Below are positions 17,303 to 25,923 of a DNA stretch of 44,662 nt, one piece after another. The translations under genes and the position numbers were made by a program. Under the pieces are notes generated by a model that had not been told where the DNA came from, did not search any database, and was given only the letters and a program-made list of their open reading frames with translations. Source of the stretch: Vectrevirus T145P2; sequence record OZ035802.1; one strand, 5' to 3'. Within the stretch, counting starts at the first letter, position 1, and every line of letters begins with the position of its first letter.

Positions 17303-17986
17303 ATGTATAACTTAGTGTTGAATGTAGGTGACTTTGTACGCAACATCAAGAAAGATTCAAGTCGCTATCTTTGCCGTGGTGTTGTAACCTTTGTAGGTGA
17401 GAACCTGTATTATGTAGAATATCACAGTGGTGTTAAGCAGTATTACCACAAGAAGACAGCACATAAATATCTTGAAAAGATTGTAGAGATAAACAATCAA
17501 TGTAAGTGCATACATGATAAGGTTTGCGATAAATGTGCTCGCCAGATGCTTAAGAATTTCCTAGCTCCTCTTTATTATGGTGCTGGCCCTCAAACACTAG
17601 CAGAGTACATGGCAGAAAAGAAAACCACACTCAAGAAAGAGCGTCGCAATGTAATCACTGGTAAGACTCAAAGTGAGATGATTAAGCAATGTGGCACTGC
17701 ATTAGGTGTTACACAGTTTAATACTCGTGCATTGGGTAAATCCACAGGACAAGCTATGGTAAAGATTGGAGAAGCCATGATGCATCCAAATGTACCTGTG
17801 CGAATCATGGATGTTGACCATGCAATCACAGAACAAGGTAAGCAACGACGTGTAATTAATAAGCATTTTGCCGACACTATAGAAGGTATTATTCGTAAGC
17901 AAGGGTTGAAAGGTCTTCACATCTTAAATGGTGAAGAATTACTGTATCTACCTATCGTTACTGAAGAAACATACGTGAATATCTAA
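17303..17986 (+). CDS. hypothetical protein with Cys cluster
   Basis: 227 aa; CKCIHDKVCDKC cluster; function unknown. Confidence 0.55.
   Translation: MYNLVLNVGDFVRNIKKDSSRYLCRGVVTFVGENLYYVEYHSGVKQYYHKKTAHKYLEKIVEINNQCKCIHDKVCDKCARQMLKNFLAPLYYGAGPQTLAEYMAEKKTTLKKERRNVITGKTQSEMIKQCGTALGVTQFNTRALGKSTGQAMVKIGEAMMHPNVPVRIMDVDHAITEQGKQRRVINKHFADTIEGIIRKQGLKGLHILNGEELLYLPIVTEETYVNI
17867..17887 (+). promoter_or_regulatory. candidate weak phage promoter inside coding sequence
   Basis: TTTTGCCGACACTATAGAAGG keeps the GACACTATAGAAG core but diverges upstream. Confidence 0.3.
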
Positions 17987-17996
17987 GGGGTTAATC

Positions 17997-18212
17997 ATGA
18001 CTAAGGTATTAATTTATATGCGTGGACCTCATAAATGCTATGCAGTTGTAGCACCAGATGGTGTCAAGCCATATGGTACTTCAAAGGGGTTGGCATTAAT
18101 AGGTGCCAGTCGTAGTGTAAGTTTTCAGAGGGAACTTTTCGGTCATTGGACTGAAAAAGAGTTCCGTAAAGATTTTAAAGTTATTGGCTCTTTTATGGTG
18201 GAGACTAAGTAA
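17997..18212 (+). CDS. hypothetical protein (71 aa)
   Basis: ORF with GGGG RBS. Confidence 0.4.
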   Translation: MTKVLIYMRGPHKCYAVVAPDGVKPYGTSKGLALIGASRSVSFQRELFGHWTEKEFRKDFKVIGSFMVETK

Positions 18213-18466
18213 TGAAACAACGTGCAATCAAACGCTGCATCAAGCGTGCTCAGAAACAATTACGTCGTGGTACATTTAAAGGCCGTATGCGTATTGTAAG
18301 TTTTAATGCTAAAGGTATGGTCTTTGTTAGATCTTATCAAGAAGGTCGAACTATTTATGTAAACGATAAGGGTATTGGCTGGGGCGTAGGCGCTGCACTA
18401 GGTAATGGTGGTGGTCACGGTCATTGGGTAGGTAGCAAAGTAGAGGTGGCAATCTCTTATGTCTAA
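18212..18466 (+). CDS. hypothetical protein (84 aa), Gly-rich C-terminal part
   Basis: ATG overlaps upstream stop. Confidence 0.4.
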   Translation: MKQRAIKRCIKRAQKQLRRGTFKGRMRIVSFNAKGMVFVRSYQEGRTIYVNDKGIGWGVGAALGNGGGHGHWVGSKVEVAISYV

Positions 18467-18632
18467 ACACAGCCTTAAGATGTTCGATGGTCACGAAGAC
18501 CTGCAAGCACAAATTACTAACCAAGCCTTCCTGTTTGCACAGTTAACTATAGCTGAAGCAAAGAAGAACAGCCTGACGCGTGAGCAGGTTATCAAGGAAG
18601 GTGGAGTGAAACGTAAGATTCGCAGTCGATAA
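18459..18632 (+). CDS. hypothetical small ORF (57 aa)
   Basis: overlapping start; weak. Confidence 0.3.
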   Translation: MSKHSLKMFDGHEDLQAQITNQAFLFAQLTIAEAKKNSLTREQVIKEGGVKRKIRSR

Positions 18633-18642
18633 GTCGAGGGTT

Positions 18643-18658
18643 GTCTCACACGTGAGAC
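18643..18658. repeat. GTCTCACACGTGAGAC palindrome, copy 4
   Basis: one-base variant of the core; flanks also complementary. Confidence 0.65.
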
Positions 18659-18689
18659 AGCCTTTCATCATATTGATTGGAGGTGCATT

Positions 18690-18797
18690 ATGCCAAGTGA
18701 TTATGATTCTGATTGGAATTACTATGACTCAATGAATCCAAAACCAGAACGTTCAGATGATTACTACGAAACAGAGGCAATGTATGAAGACTATTAA
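18690..18797 (+). CDS. hypothetical tiny acidic ORF (35 aa)
   Basis: GGAGGTG RBS; D/Y-rich. Confidence 0.25.
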   Translation: MPSDYDSDWNYYDSMNPKPERSDDYYETEAMYEDY

Positions 18798-19002
18798 ATT
18801 AAGCAAGGTTTGCTCTTGCGGTAAAGGCTATCGCAGTCGTGTTGATGGTAAGTGTGAAAACTGCCGCACTAAAAGGCAGAAAGATCACAATAATAAATAC
18901 CACATGCACTTAATGTATCTTGATCTTAAAGCTACACCTGATTCTGTATTAGGTAAAAGTCTTAGAGTTAAATACTTTGGAGCAATCTATGAAATCAATT
19001 GA
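18787..19002 (+). CDS. hypothetical small Cys-rich zinc-ribbon-like protein
   Basis: MKTIKLSKVCSCGKGYRSRVDGKCENCR. Confidence 0.4.
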   Translation, partial: KTIKLSKVCSCGKGYRSRVDGKCENCRTKRQKDHNNKYHMHLMYLDLKATPDSVLGKSLRVKYFGAIYEIN

Positions 19003-21535
19003 TTGGAAGAAGGAAGCAGAAGGGCGTATCTTAGTAATGGATGCGGAAGCTAAAGGTCTGCTGGATGCTATCCGCTACGGTCATCGCGAAGATGTACACA
19101 TCATTTGCTGCATGGACTTGCTCACCACTGAGGAGTTCCTCTTCTTCGACCCATATGAGATGCGTGACCCTGAAGCAAGAGAACACCTGAAGGAATGGGA
19201 AGGTCATCAAGATGGTGACTTGGTTGATGGTGTTAACTTCCTGAAGCACTGTGAAGCTATTGTGTCGCAGAACTTCCTAGGGTACGACGGCCTTCTATTT
19301 GAGAAAGCATTCCCCGATATCTGGAAAGGCTTTAACTATACCGAGAGACGCGGCAAGGGCAGACTCCGCGCTGACCTGTGTCCGGTACGCGTCATGGATA
19401 CGCTGGTCATGAGTCGCCTGTTAAACCCCGATAGACGCCTCCCTCCGCAAGCATACGCCAAAGGCATGGGTAACGTAGCCCCTCACTCAATTGAGGCGCA
19501 CGGCATTCGTATAGGCCGTTATAAGCCGGAGAACGAGGATTGGTCTAAACTAACTGACCACATGGTACATCGTGTACGCGAGGACGTGGCGATTGGTCGT
19601 GACTTGTTCCTCTGGCTCTTTAACGGGGAATGGATGGAGCACAAACGCCGTGGCGTGAATAAACGCACTGGCCTAGGTATTGAGACAGCCTTCCACATGG
19701 AGTCCATTGTGGCGCTGGAGATGAGCCGTCAGGCCGAGCGTGGATTCCGTCTGGATATAGATAAAGCATTAGCACGATGCGAGGAATTGGACGCTAAGAT
19801 TGATGAGACAGTCGCAGCGTTCCGTCCGCACATGCCTATGCGTATCAAGTCTAAACCTTTTAAACCGGAAGAAAAGAATGAAGTATGCCAACGCGCAAAT
19901 GAGTATGGAGCTAGCAACAATATACCTACTGTCCTTGACCCCTCTCACTTTCTTCACGCAGAGAGACGAGGAGATCGCAAGACAGTATGGAGTGTCACTA
20001 CTAAGTCTGGTGATTGGTCGGCTAGCGTCAAGAAAGACTTTCCTCACCTTAGAGGAAACCGTAATGACACGCCAAGCATCAAGTGGATTGGCGCTTACTC
20101 GCCTGTTACTTTCGAAGAGATTCCCTTGGGTAACAGGGATACAGTTAAGCAAGTGCTCTATGATTATGGATGGAAAGGTGTTGAATTTAACGATACCGAG
20201 CAAGCGCATCTCGATGAGCACGGAGTGTTACCCAAACCTTGGAGTGGTAAGATAAATGAAAAGTCCCTTACTTTATGGCAAGAGAGAGCCGCACGTGAAG
20301 GTAAAACAGTCCCTGATTGGTGCTTGGGTATCGCTGCATGGTACATACTCGTATCCCGTCGTGGTCAGATCCTCAACCGTGGTGACGTTGAAGCCTTCGA
20401 CCAGAAGGGGGTGTGGCCTTCGCAAGCTGGTATACGAAAGTGTCGCGGCCTTGTACCTGTAGCATTTAACAAGGAGTTAGGAATCAATGCGCAGCAATAC
20501 TACGAAAGGTACGGATGCTGGCCTACGTCAGACAAGGATGACGGAGAATGGCGTGTGCCAGCTATTGCTATTAGTATTGGAACTTCTACGTTCCGTATGC
20601 GTCATCGTAACGTGGTTAATATTCCTGCCCGTGGTTTGTATCCTTTACGTGATTTATTCATAGCCGGTAAAGGTAAGCTAATCCTTGGTTGTGATGGTGC
20701 TGGTCTTGAACTACGTGTACTGTCTCACTTCATGAATGACCCTGAATATCAAGATATTGTACTGCATGGTGACATTCACACCCATAATCAAATGAAGGCT
20801 GGTCTTCCTAAGCGTGACATGGCGAAGACATTTATATATGCCTTCCTATATGGGTCTGGTATAGCTAACCTTGCAGCAGTATGTGGTGTTACTGAGGAAG
20901 AAATGGAGGAAGTTGTGGCAAGATTTGAGGTTGAACTACCATCTCTTGCACGCCTTCGTGAGAATGTTATCGCACAAGGTAACAAGTTTGGCTACCTACA
21001 AGCACCTGATGGTCATTGGGGTCGCATCCGTATGTCTGGTGGTGAACTTAAAGAGCACACTATGCTTAACGTACTACTCCAGATGACTGGTTCTCTGTGT
21101 ATGAAATACGCATTGGTCAGAGCGTTTGCAGTGATGCGCAAGGAAGGTGTGGCCTTAGATAGCATGGGAAACCCTTGCGGTATAGCTAACGTGCACGATG
21201 AAATCCAGATGGAAGTCCCTGAAGATGAGGTCTTGTATCTCAACTACGACTTGCCTTTCACCTTAGAAGGGTTCGAAACAGAGAAGGCTGCTGTGAAAGC
21301 AGTGTTCGATGCAGAGGAGAAACGTGTTCATGTGGATTCTGAAGGACGTATGTGGTCTGCTGCAAATCTCGTTAGTGTTGATGCTGATGCTGGTGTACTT
21401 CATTGCCAGCGTCGTTATCACCGTGCAGGGCATATCATTGCCGATGCAATGACTTGGGCTGGTCATTATTTGAAGATGCGTTGTCCGATGGCAGGTGAGT
21501 ATAAGATTGGTGCAAGCTGGAAGGAAACACACTGA
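18989..21535 (+). CDS. DNA polymerase, family A (T7 gp5-like)
   Basis: Motif A DGAGLELRVLSHF, motif B KTFIYAFLYGSG, motif C HDEIQMEV; N-terminal 3'-5' exonuclease region. Confidence 0.92.
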   Translation: MKSIDWKKEAEGRILVMDAEAKGLLDAIRYGHREDVHIICCMDLLTTEEFLFFDPYEMRDPEAREHLKEWEGHQDGDLVDGVNFLKHCEAIVSQNFLGYDGLLFEKAFPDIWKGFNYTERRGKGRLRADLCPVRVMDTLVMSRLLNPDRRLPPQAYAKGMGNVAPHSIEAHGIRIGRYKPENEDWSKLTDHMVHRVREDVAIGRDLFLWLFNGEWMEHKRRGVNKRTGLGIETAFHMESIVALEMSRQAERGFRLDIDKALARCEELDAKIDETVAAFRPHMPMRIKSKPFKPEEKNEVCQRANEYGASNNIPTVLDPSHFLHAERRGDRKTVWSVTTKSGDWSASVKKDFPHLRGNRNDTPSIKWIGAYSPVTFEEIPLGNRDTVKQVLYDYGWKGVEFNDTEQAHLDEHGVLPKPWSGKINEKSLTLWQERAAREGKTVPDWCLGIAAWYILVSRRGQILNRGDVEAFDQKGVWPSQAGIRKCRGLVPVAFNKELGINAQQYYERYGCWPTSDKDDGEWRVPAIAISIGTSTFRMRHRNVVNIPARGLYPLRDLFIAGKGKLILGCDGAGLELRVLSHFMNDPEYQDIVLHGDIHTHNQMKAGLPKRDMAKTFIYAFLYGSGIANLAAVCGVTEEEMEEVVARFEVELPSLARLRENVIAQGNKFGYLQAPDGHWGRIRMSGGELKEHTMLNVLLQMTGSLCMKYALVRAFAVMRKEGVALDSMGNPCGIANVHDEIQMEVPEDEVLYLNYDLPFTLEGFETEKAAVKAVFDAEEKRVHVDSEGRMWSAANLVSVDADAGVLHCQRRYHRAGHIIADAMTWAGHYLKMRCPMAGEYKIGASWKETH

Positions 21536-21651
21536 TGGACAGGTTTGATGTTGTTTGCCTATTCTCTATCTTCTTTCTTATATTCCTTATGCTTGCTTGC
21601 TATGGAAGTATGCGATTAGGTATACCTGATGAAGAGGAGGGTTACGATTGA
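21535..21651 (+). CDS. hypothetical small membrane ORF (38 aa)
   Basis: ATGA overlap with polymerase stop; hydrophobic. Confidence 0.3.
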   Translation: MDRFDVVCLFSIFFLIFLMLACYGSMRLGIPDEEEGYD

Positions 21652-21749
21652 TGCAAACTGCTTTTATCATTCTTGGGATCATATTATTTATGGTAGTATT
21701 CTGGGCTTTCTCTGGCATTGACCCAGATTGTGATGGTAACTACGACTGA
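21651..21749 (+). CDS. hypothetical small membrane ORF (32 aa)
   Basis: overlapping start; hydrophobic. Confidence 0.3.
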   Translation: MQTAFIILGIILFMVVFWAFSGIDPDCDGNYD

Positions 21750-21817
21750 GTTATACTCAAGGTCACTTACGAGTGGCCTTTATGAATAACTTATTCCTAC
21801 TTATTTTGTCTAACATG

Positions 21818-21840
21818 ATTTACTGGACACTATAGAAGGA
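21818..21840 (+). promoter_or_regulatory. SP6-like phage promoter
   Basis: ATTTACTGGACACTATAGAAGGA. Confidence 0.6.
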
Positions 21841-21904
21841 AATCCTAGGTAATCTAGGTTTATAAGGTAGTATAGGTAATTAAGTAAATATAGGAGATAT
21901 AAAT

Positions 21905-22282
21905 ATGTCTATGGTAACTACTCTGGTATTCGTGGCTCAATACTTTCGTGGTCTTGCTAATAAGTTCAAGTCCAAGGCTATCAAAGCTATTGAGGCTCGC
22001 ATCGAAGCAGTACAGGCAGAGCAAGTTAAAGTTGAAGAGCATCGTAGTTCTCAAATGATTGACTGTCATAACCGCTACTATGCATCTCGTGATGAACTAA
22101 ATGCACGTCAAGTCAAAGAGGTAGAAGATATGCTGGCACGTCACCAGCAAGAGCGTGACAGCCTGAAAGCTGAATTTGAAGAGAACAAGGCATCAATTGC
22201 TCTTGTAAATCAAGCTGCATCTGACAGCCTGAAGAAAGAGATTGTTATGCTGGAAATAGAACTGGACAACTTGACTAAATAA
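21905..22282 (+). CDS. hypothetical coiled-coil protein (125 aa)
   Basis: hydrophobic N-terminus then heptad-like charged helix. Confidence 0.5.
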   Translation: MSMVTTLVFVAQYFRGLANKFKSKAIKAIEARIEAVQAEQVKVEEHRSSQMIDCHNRYYASRDELNARQVKEVEDMLARHQQERDSLKAEFEENKASIALVNQAASDSLKKEIVMLEIELDNLTK

Positions 22283-22287
22283 GGGTT

Positions 22288-22587
22288 ATGATGGAAGAAG
22301 TGATTCAAGCTAAACATGTAGGTATCATCTTTCGTGATTTAGAGCAGCGTAAAGTTGCAGGTCACACTCGTCTGGCTAAAGAAGACGATACAGCAATCAC
22401 TACTGTGGAACAAGCAGATGCATATCGTGGTCCAGAGTTTACTCAAGGTGAAACTTGTCATCAATTGAGCCTTTCACTTTGTGACACTATGGCTAGTGTA
22501 AATGTACAAGAGGTTGAAGATGGTGAATGTGTTAGTTATGTCTACCCTCTCGATACTATTGCACGTATTAAGGTAGTTCATAAGTAA
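22288..22587 (+). CDS. hypothetical protein (99 aa)
   Basis: ORF follows upstream gene closely. Confidence 0.5.
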   Translation: MMEEVIQAKHVGIIFRDLEQRKVAGHTRLAKEDDTAITTVEQADAYRGPEFTQGETCHQLSLSLCDTMASVNVQEVEDGECVSYVYPLDTIARIKVVHK

Positions 22588-22608
22588 TTACTGGACACTA
22601 TAGAACAA
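22586..22608 (+). promoter_or_regulatory. SP6-like phage promoter
   Basis: AATTACTGGACACTATAGAACAA overlapping upstream stop codon. Confidence 0.55.
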
Positions 22609-22664
22609 TAGGTCGGCTTAGTTCGGCCTATGATTGTGTAGTGTAACAATAGGAGACTAAATAA

Positions 22665-23471
22665 ATGGCACGTGGTGATTTTGATTTTGGTGCTCAGGTT
22701 ACTAAAGCTGAAGGTAAAGTATTTAAGAACCCTGAAGTTGGTGATCATGAAGCAGTAATCTCTGGCATCATTCATGTTGGTTCCTTCCAAGATATCTTTA
22801 AGAAAGGTAATACCACTGAAGTTAAGAAGCCAGCAAACTTTGTTCTTGTTAAGATTATCCTGATGGGTGACGACGATAAGAATGAAGATGATTCTCGCAT
22901 GGAACAATGGATGGCTGTGCCTCTGAAGTCTGGTGATAAGGCAACACTGACTAAGTTCCTGAATGCAGTTGACCCTAAAGAGTTGCTGGGTGGCTTCGAT
23001 GATTTTATCGGTGAATGTCTGACTGCAACTATGGTTGGTTCTGGCGACAAGAATGATGATGGTACTTTCAAGTATGTTAACTGGAAAGGCTTTGGCGGTA
23101 TGCCTGATAAGTTGAAGAAGCTTGTACTGGCTCAGGTAGAAGAGGAAGGTCTGTCTATGACAGGTCATATCACCTTCGACAAGCTGACCAAAGAAATCCT
23201 TGATGACATCCCAGCTAACTTGGTACGTCAATACTTCCTGAACGAGACACCTCGTGGTAAGAACCTGTCTGTTGCTGGCTCTCACGTAGAAGCTATTATC
23301 AAAGCTGCTCGTGAAGAAGACCCTGAATGGAAGAAGGCTAAGAAGAAAGACGAGGAAGATGCTACCCCAGCTAATCGTAAATCTCTGGATACTGGTGAGT
23401 CTGTTCCACAGGAAGTACCTGAAGCAGAAGATACTCCTGCACCGGAGATGGATGAGGACGCGGAATATTAA
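22665..23471 (+). CDS. hypothetical acidic protein, candidate ssDNA-binding protein
   Basis: 268 aa; codon usage looks highly-expressed-like; acidic C-terminal tail ending in Tyr (EMDEDAEY), reminiscent of T7 gp2.5 tail logic. SSB call is inference only. Confidence 0.5.
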   Translation: MARGDFDFGAQVTKAEGKVFKNPEVGDHEAVISGIIHVGSFQDIFKKGNTTEVKKPANFVLVKIILMGDDDKNEDDSRMEQWMAVPLKSGDKATLTKFLNAVDPKELLGGFDDFIGECLTATMVGSGDKNDDGTFKYVNWKGFGGMPDKLKKLVLAQVEEEGLSMTGHITFDKLTKEILDDIPANLVRQYFLNETPRGKNLSVAGSHVEAIIKAAREEDPEWKKAKKKDEEDATPANRKSLDTGESVPQEVPEAEDTPAPEMDEDAEY

Positions 23472-23480
23472 GGAGAAAGG

Positions 23481-23699
23481 ATGAAAGTACAAATCGTAAC
23501 CCTGCACTGCAAGAAAGGAATTACAACTCTTGGCGGCAACACTTTTCACTCCTTCTCTGAAGGGGACACATATGCCGACCTGCACTACATCTGGCGCGAC
23601 GGACAGCACGTGGTGAACTACAGCGACCCAGCTACGGGGAAACGCCACGGCGTATCGCTTCCGGCGCATGACATTGCTCAGGTGAACACAGTTTTATAA
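23481..23699 (+). CDS. hypothetical protein (72 aa)
   Basis: AGGAGAAAGG RBS. Confidence 0.45.
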   Translation: MKVQIVTLHCKKGITTLGGNTFHSFSEGDTYADLHYIWRDGQHVVNYSDPATGKRHGVSLPAHDIAQVNTVL

Positions 23700-23700
23700 A

Positions 23701-23716
23701 GTCTCACGTGTGAGAC
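23701..23716. repeat. GTCTCACGTGTGAGAC palindrome, copy 5
   Basis: variant core, directly after stop codon and upstream of promoter. Confidence 0.65.
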
Positions 23717-23730
23717 AAATCGGTGTCCGG

Positions 23731-23757
23731 TATTTACTGGACACTATAGAAGAGAAG
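23731..23757 (+). promoter_or_regulatory. SP6-like phage promoter
   Basis: TATTTACTGGACACTATAGAAGAGAAG. Confidence 0.65.
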
Positions 23758-23804
23758 AATTTTAATCGGCGATAATGCCATAACCAACAAAAGGAGAATT
23801 TAAT

Positions 23805-24176
23805 ATGTTCAAGATTGAAACTATCGTAAACCGTGTTGTTAAAGGTGCTGCTCTGGTATCCGTTGAGTCTTTCATTATCGTCGATGAAGCTGATCAACTG
23901 GTAGCTGGTACTAAGGCTTACGATACCCGTGAAGAAGCTCAGGCTAAGATTGACAGCATGGGTAACTTCGCTGCTGGTCTGGAGTTCGCTCGTGCTTGCT
24001 TCCCTGAGCAGGCTGACAAAGCCCAGATCGGGAAGGCTAACATCGTAGCTGAATATCTGGATTGGATTGCTGCTGGTAAACCAGTGAAAGAAGTTAAAGC
24101 TGCTGAAGAAGCTGAAGCTCCTGCAGTAGAAGTGTCTGCACCGGAAGCTCCGGTTAGCGAAGAGGAAGAGTTTTGA
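23805..24176 (+). CDS. hypothetical abundant-looking acidic protein (123 aa)
   Basis: AAGGAGA RBS; biased codon usage; own promoter and downstream terminator hairpin; C-terminal tail PVSEEEEF. Confidence 0.6.
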   Translation: MFKIETIVNRVVKGAALVSVESFIIVDEADQLVAGTKAYDTREEAQAKIDSMGNFAAGLEFARACFPEQADKAQIGKANIVAEYLDWIAAGKPVKEVKAAEEAEAPAVEVSAPEAPVSEEEEF

Positions 24177-24235
24177 TAATAGCAGGTGTAGCCTCTGTTA
24201 GTCCTAGTTGACTATCACGCTCACCTCATCTAATG

Positions 24236-24267
24236 CCCTGTCTGCCTTAGTGTAGGCAGGGTCTTTT
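24236..24267 (+). terminator. terminator-like hairpin plus T-run
   Basis: TCTGCC-TTAGTGTA-GGCAGG then GTCTTTTG; same architecture as the hairpin after the capsid gene. Confidence 0.45.
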
Positions 24268-24293
24268 GCGTAATAGTTATTGGAGAATGAATT

Positions 24294-24584
24294 ATGCCGA
24301 CTATTGAAGATCGTTTCCAGATTCACGCATCTTACTCGCCTATGCTTAGAGGTCATCTTATTACCATTAGATTAGATTATGAGTTGTATCTTGTAGATTA
24401 TTTATATACAGACTATGACTGCCAACGTAACATGGTGGGACCGATGAGGTGGGCGGCTGAGTGGGTGCGCGAGCACGTGCTGAAGGAGTGGCCTACATGC
24501 GACCAAACTTCGACTTCGGAGCTACAGTATCGGAAGACAATAATCTCATCCTGTGGCCGACTGAAGGTAATCGAATCGCTTTAA
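24294..24584 (+). CDS. hypothetical protein (96 aa) overlapping exonuclease start
   Basis: GGAGAATGAATT RBS; 3' end overlaps exonuclease coding sequence by ~88 nt in another frame. Confidence 0.35.
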   Translation: MPTIEDRFQIHASYSPMLRGHLITIRLDYELYLVDYLYTDYDCQRNMVGPMRWAAEWVREHVLKEWPTCDQTSTSELQYRKTIISSCGRLKVIESL

Positions 24585-25525
24585 TAGATGCCGATATGTT
24601 GCCTTACATCGTCGCGTATACAATCAGCGACATGACTTATGTACGAGCCATAACTCGTGTTAAGTCAGGACAAGTCCCATCAATCAAAGATACGCCTGAG
24701 TGTAAGCAAGCGTGTGACCGTGTGAACTCCTTGCTTAACTCTTGGGTGTATGCAGCAGAATGTGATGCAGCTAAGTTATTCATGACGAAATCAGAAGCTA
24801 ACTTCCGTGTCCGCCTAGCATTCACCAAGCCTTATAAAGGTCAACGTAAGACCGAGAAGCCTCCATTCTTCTATGAATTGCGAGAGCATCTCTTAGAGGT
24901 TCACGGTGCAATCTTGGCAGATGGAGAGGAAGCAGACGACCTCATGAGTATCGCACAATGGGACAGCCACCGCCGCTTCCAGCAAGATACAGGTAACGAG
25001 TTCCCTATCGGTAGTCCAGAGCATAAAGCATTCTCTGATACTTGCATCGTTTCCTTGGATAAGGATTTGATGATTGTTCCCGGTTGGCATCTACAGCCGG
25101 GTCAAGAGAAGAAGTGGGTAGAGCCTATGGGCTGGCTTGAGCTACGCCGTAAGGCTAATGGGCAAGTCAAAGATCTAAAAGGTGCTGGCCTCATGTTCCA
25201 CTATGCACAGATGATTATCGGTGATGATATTGATAACTATGCTGGCATACCAGGTCGTGGTGCTAAATATGCCTATGATCTTCTCAAAGGTTGTAAGACA
25301 GAGAAAGAATTGTACATGGCAGTGCTTGGTGCTTACAAAGCTAAGTTCGGTCATGGACAGGTTAAGATTAAGAATTACCGAGGTGGTTATCGGGTGGGCA
25401 AAGCCTTTGACCTTATGCTTGAATGCGGTCGCTTAGCTCACATGGCTAGGTTCAAAGGTGATATATGGCGAGCCGATAAGAACCCAATCTTGTGGGGAGA
25501 TGATGCGGAATGGTTAGCAAATTAA
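24497..25525 (+). CDS. 5'-3' exonuclease, FEN-like (T7 gp6-like)
   Basis: Acidic motifs IALIDADM, ADGEEADD, SLDKDL, IGDDIDNYAGIPGRG align with T7 gene 6 exonuclease as I recall it. Confidence 0.85.
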   Translation: MRPNFDFGATVSEDNNLILWPTEGNRIALIDADMLPYIVAYTISDMTYVRAITRVKSGQVPSIKDTPECKQACDRVNSLLNSWVYAAECDAAKLFMTKSEANFRVRLAFTKPYKGQRKTEKPPFFYELREHLLEVHGAILADGEEADDLMSIAQWDSHRRFQQDTGNEFPIGSPEHKAFSDTCIVSLDKDLMIVPGWHLQPGQEKKWVEPMGWLELRRKANGQVKDLKGAGLMFHYAQMIIGDDIDNYAGIPGRGAKYAYDLLKGCKTEKELYMAVLGAYKAKFGHGQVKIKNYRGGYRVGKAFDLMLECGRLAHMARFKGDIWRADKNPILWGDDAEWLAN

Positions 25526-25923
25526 AAGCATCGGAGGTGGCAGCTTATAAGAAGGAATTGCTAGATAAGCAAGGATGGAAATGCCCTCTGTGTGGTGGCA
25601 GTCTCAAAGCTGTCACACCTGTAAACCGTGTACTTGACCATGACCATGAGACAGGATTCTGCCGTGCTGTTGTATGCCGAGGTTGCAATGGTGCGGAAGG
25701 GAAGATTAAGGGTGTTATCTCTGGTTATGGCAAGGCGGGTAATAACCGTTACTTCCAGCTTCAATGGTTAGAGAGATTGTACGAATACTGGAAGTTACAT
25801 AGTACGCCTCAGACAGATAAGTTATATCACAAACATCAAACGGAGGCAGAGAAGCGCGAGGCTAAGAACCGTAAGGCACGCCTTGCTTATGCAAGAAAGA
25901 AGAAGGAGGTTAAAGTTGGGTAA
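25510..25923 (+). CDS. endonuclease VII-like Holliday junction resolvase
   Basis: CPLCGG...DHDHETGFCRAVVCRGCN matches the T4 endonuclease VII zinc-binding/catalytic signature. Confidence 0.75.
   Translation: MVSKLKASEVAAYKKELLDKQGWKCPLCGGSLKAVTPVNRVLDHDHETGFCRAVVCRGCNGAEGKIKGVISGYGKAGNNRYFQLQWLERLYEYWKLHSTPQTDKLYHKHQTEAEKREAKNRKARLAYARKKKEVKVG

Noticed and set aside
22578-23669. 363-aa minus-strand ORF, the longest antisense ORF in the track
   Set aside because: Lies antisense to well-supported + strand genes (22665..23471 and neighbours); translation is low-complexity and hydrophobic with no RBS; every supported gene in this genome is on the + strand.
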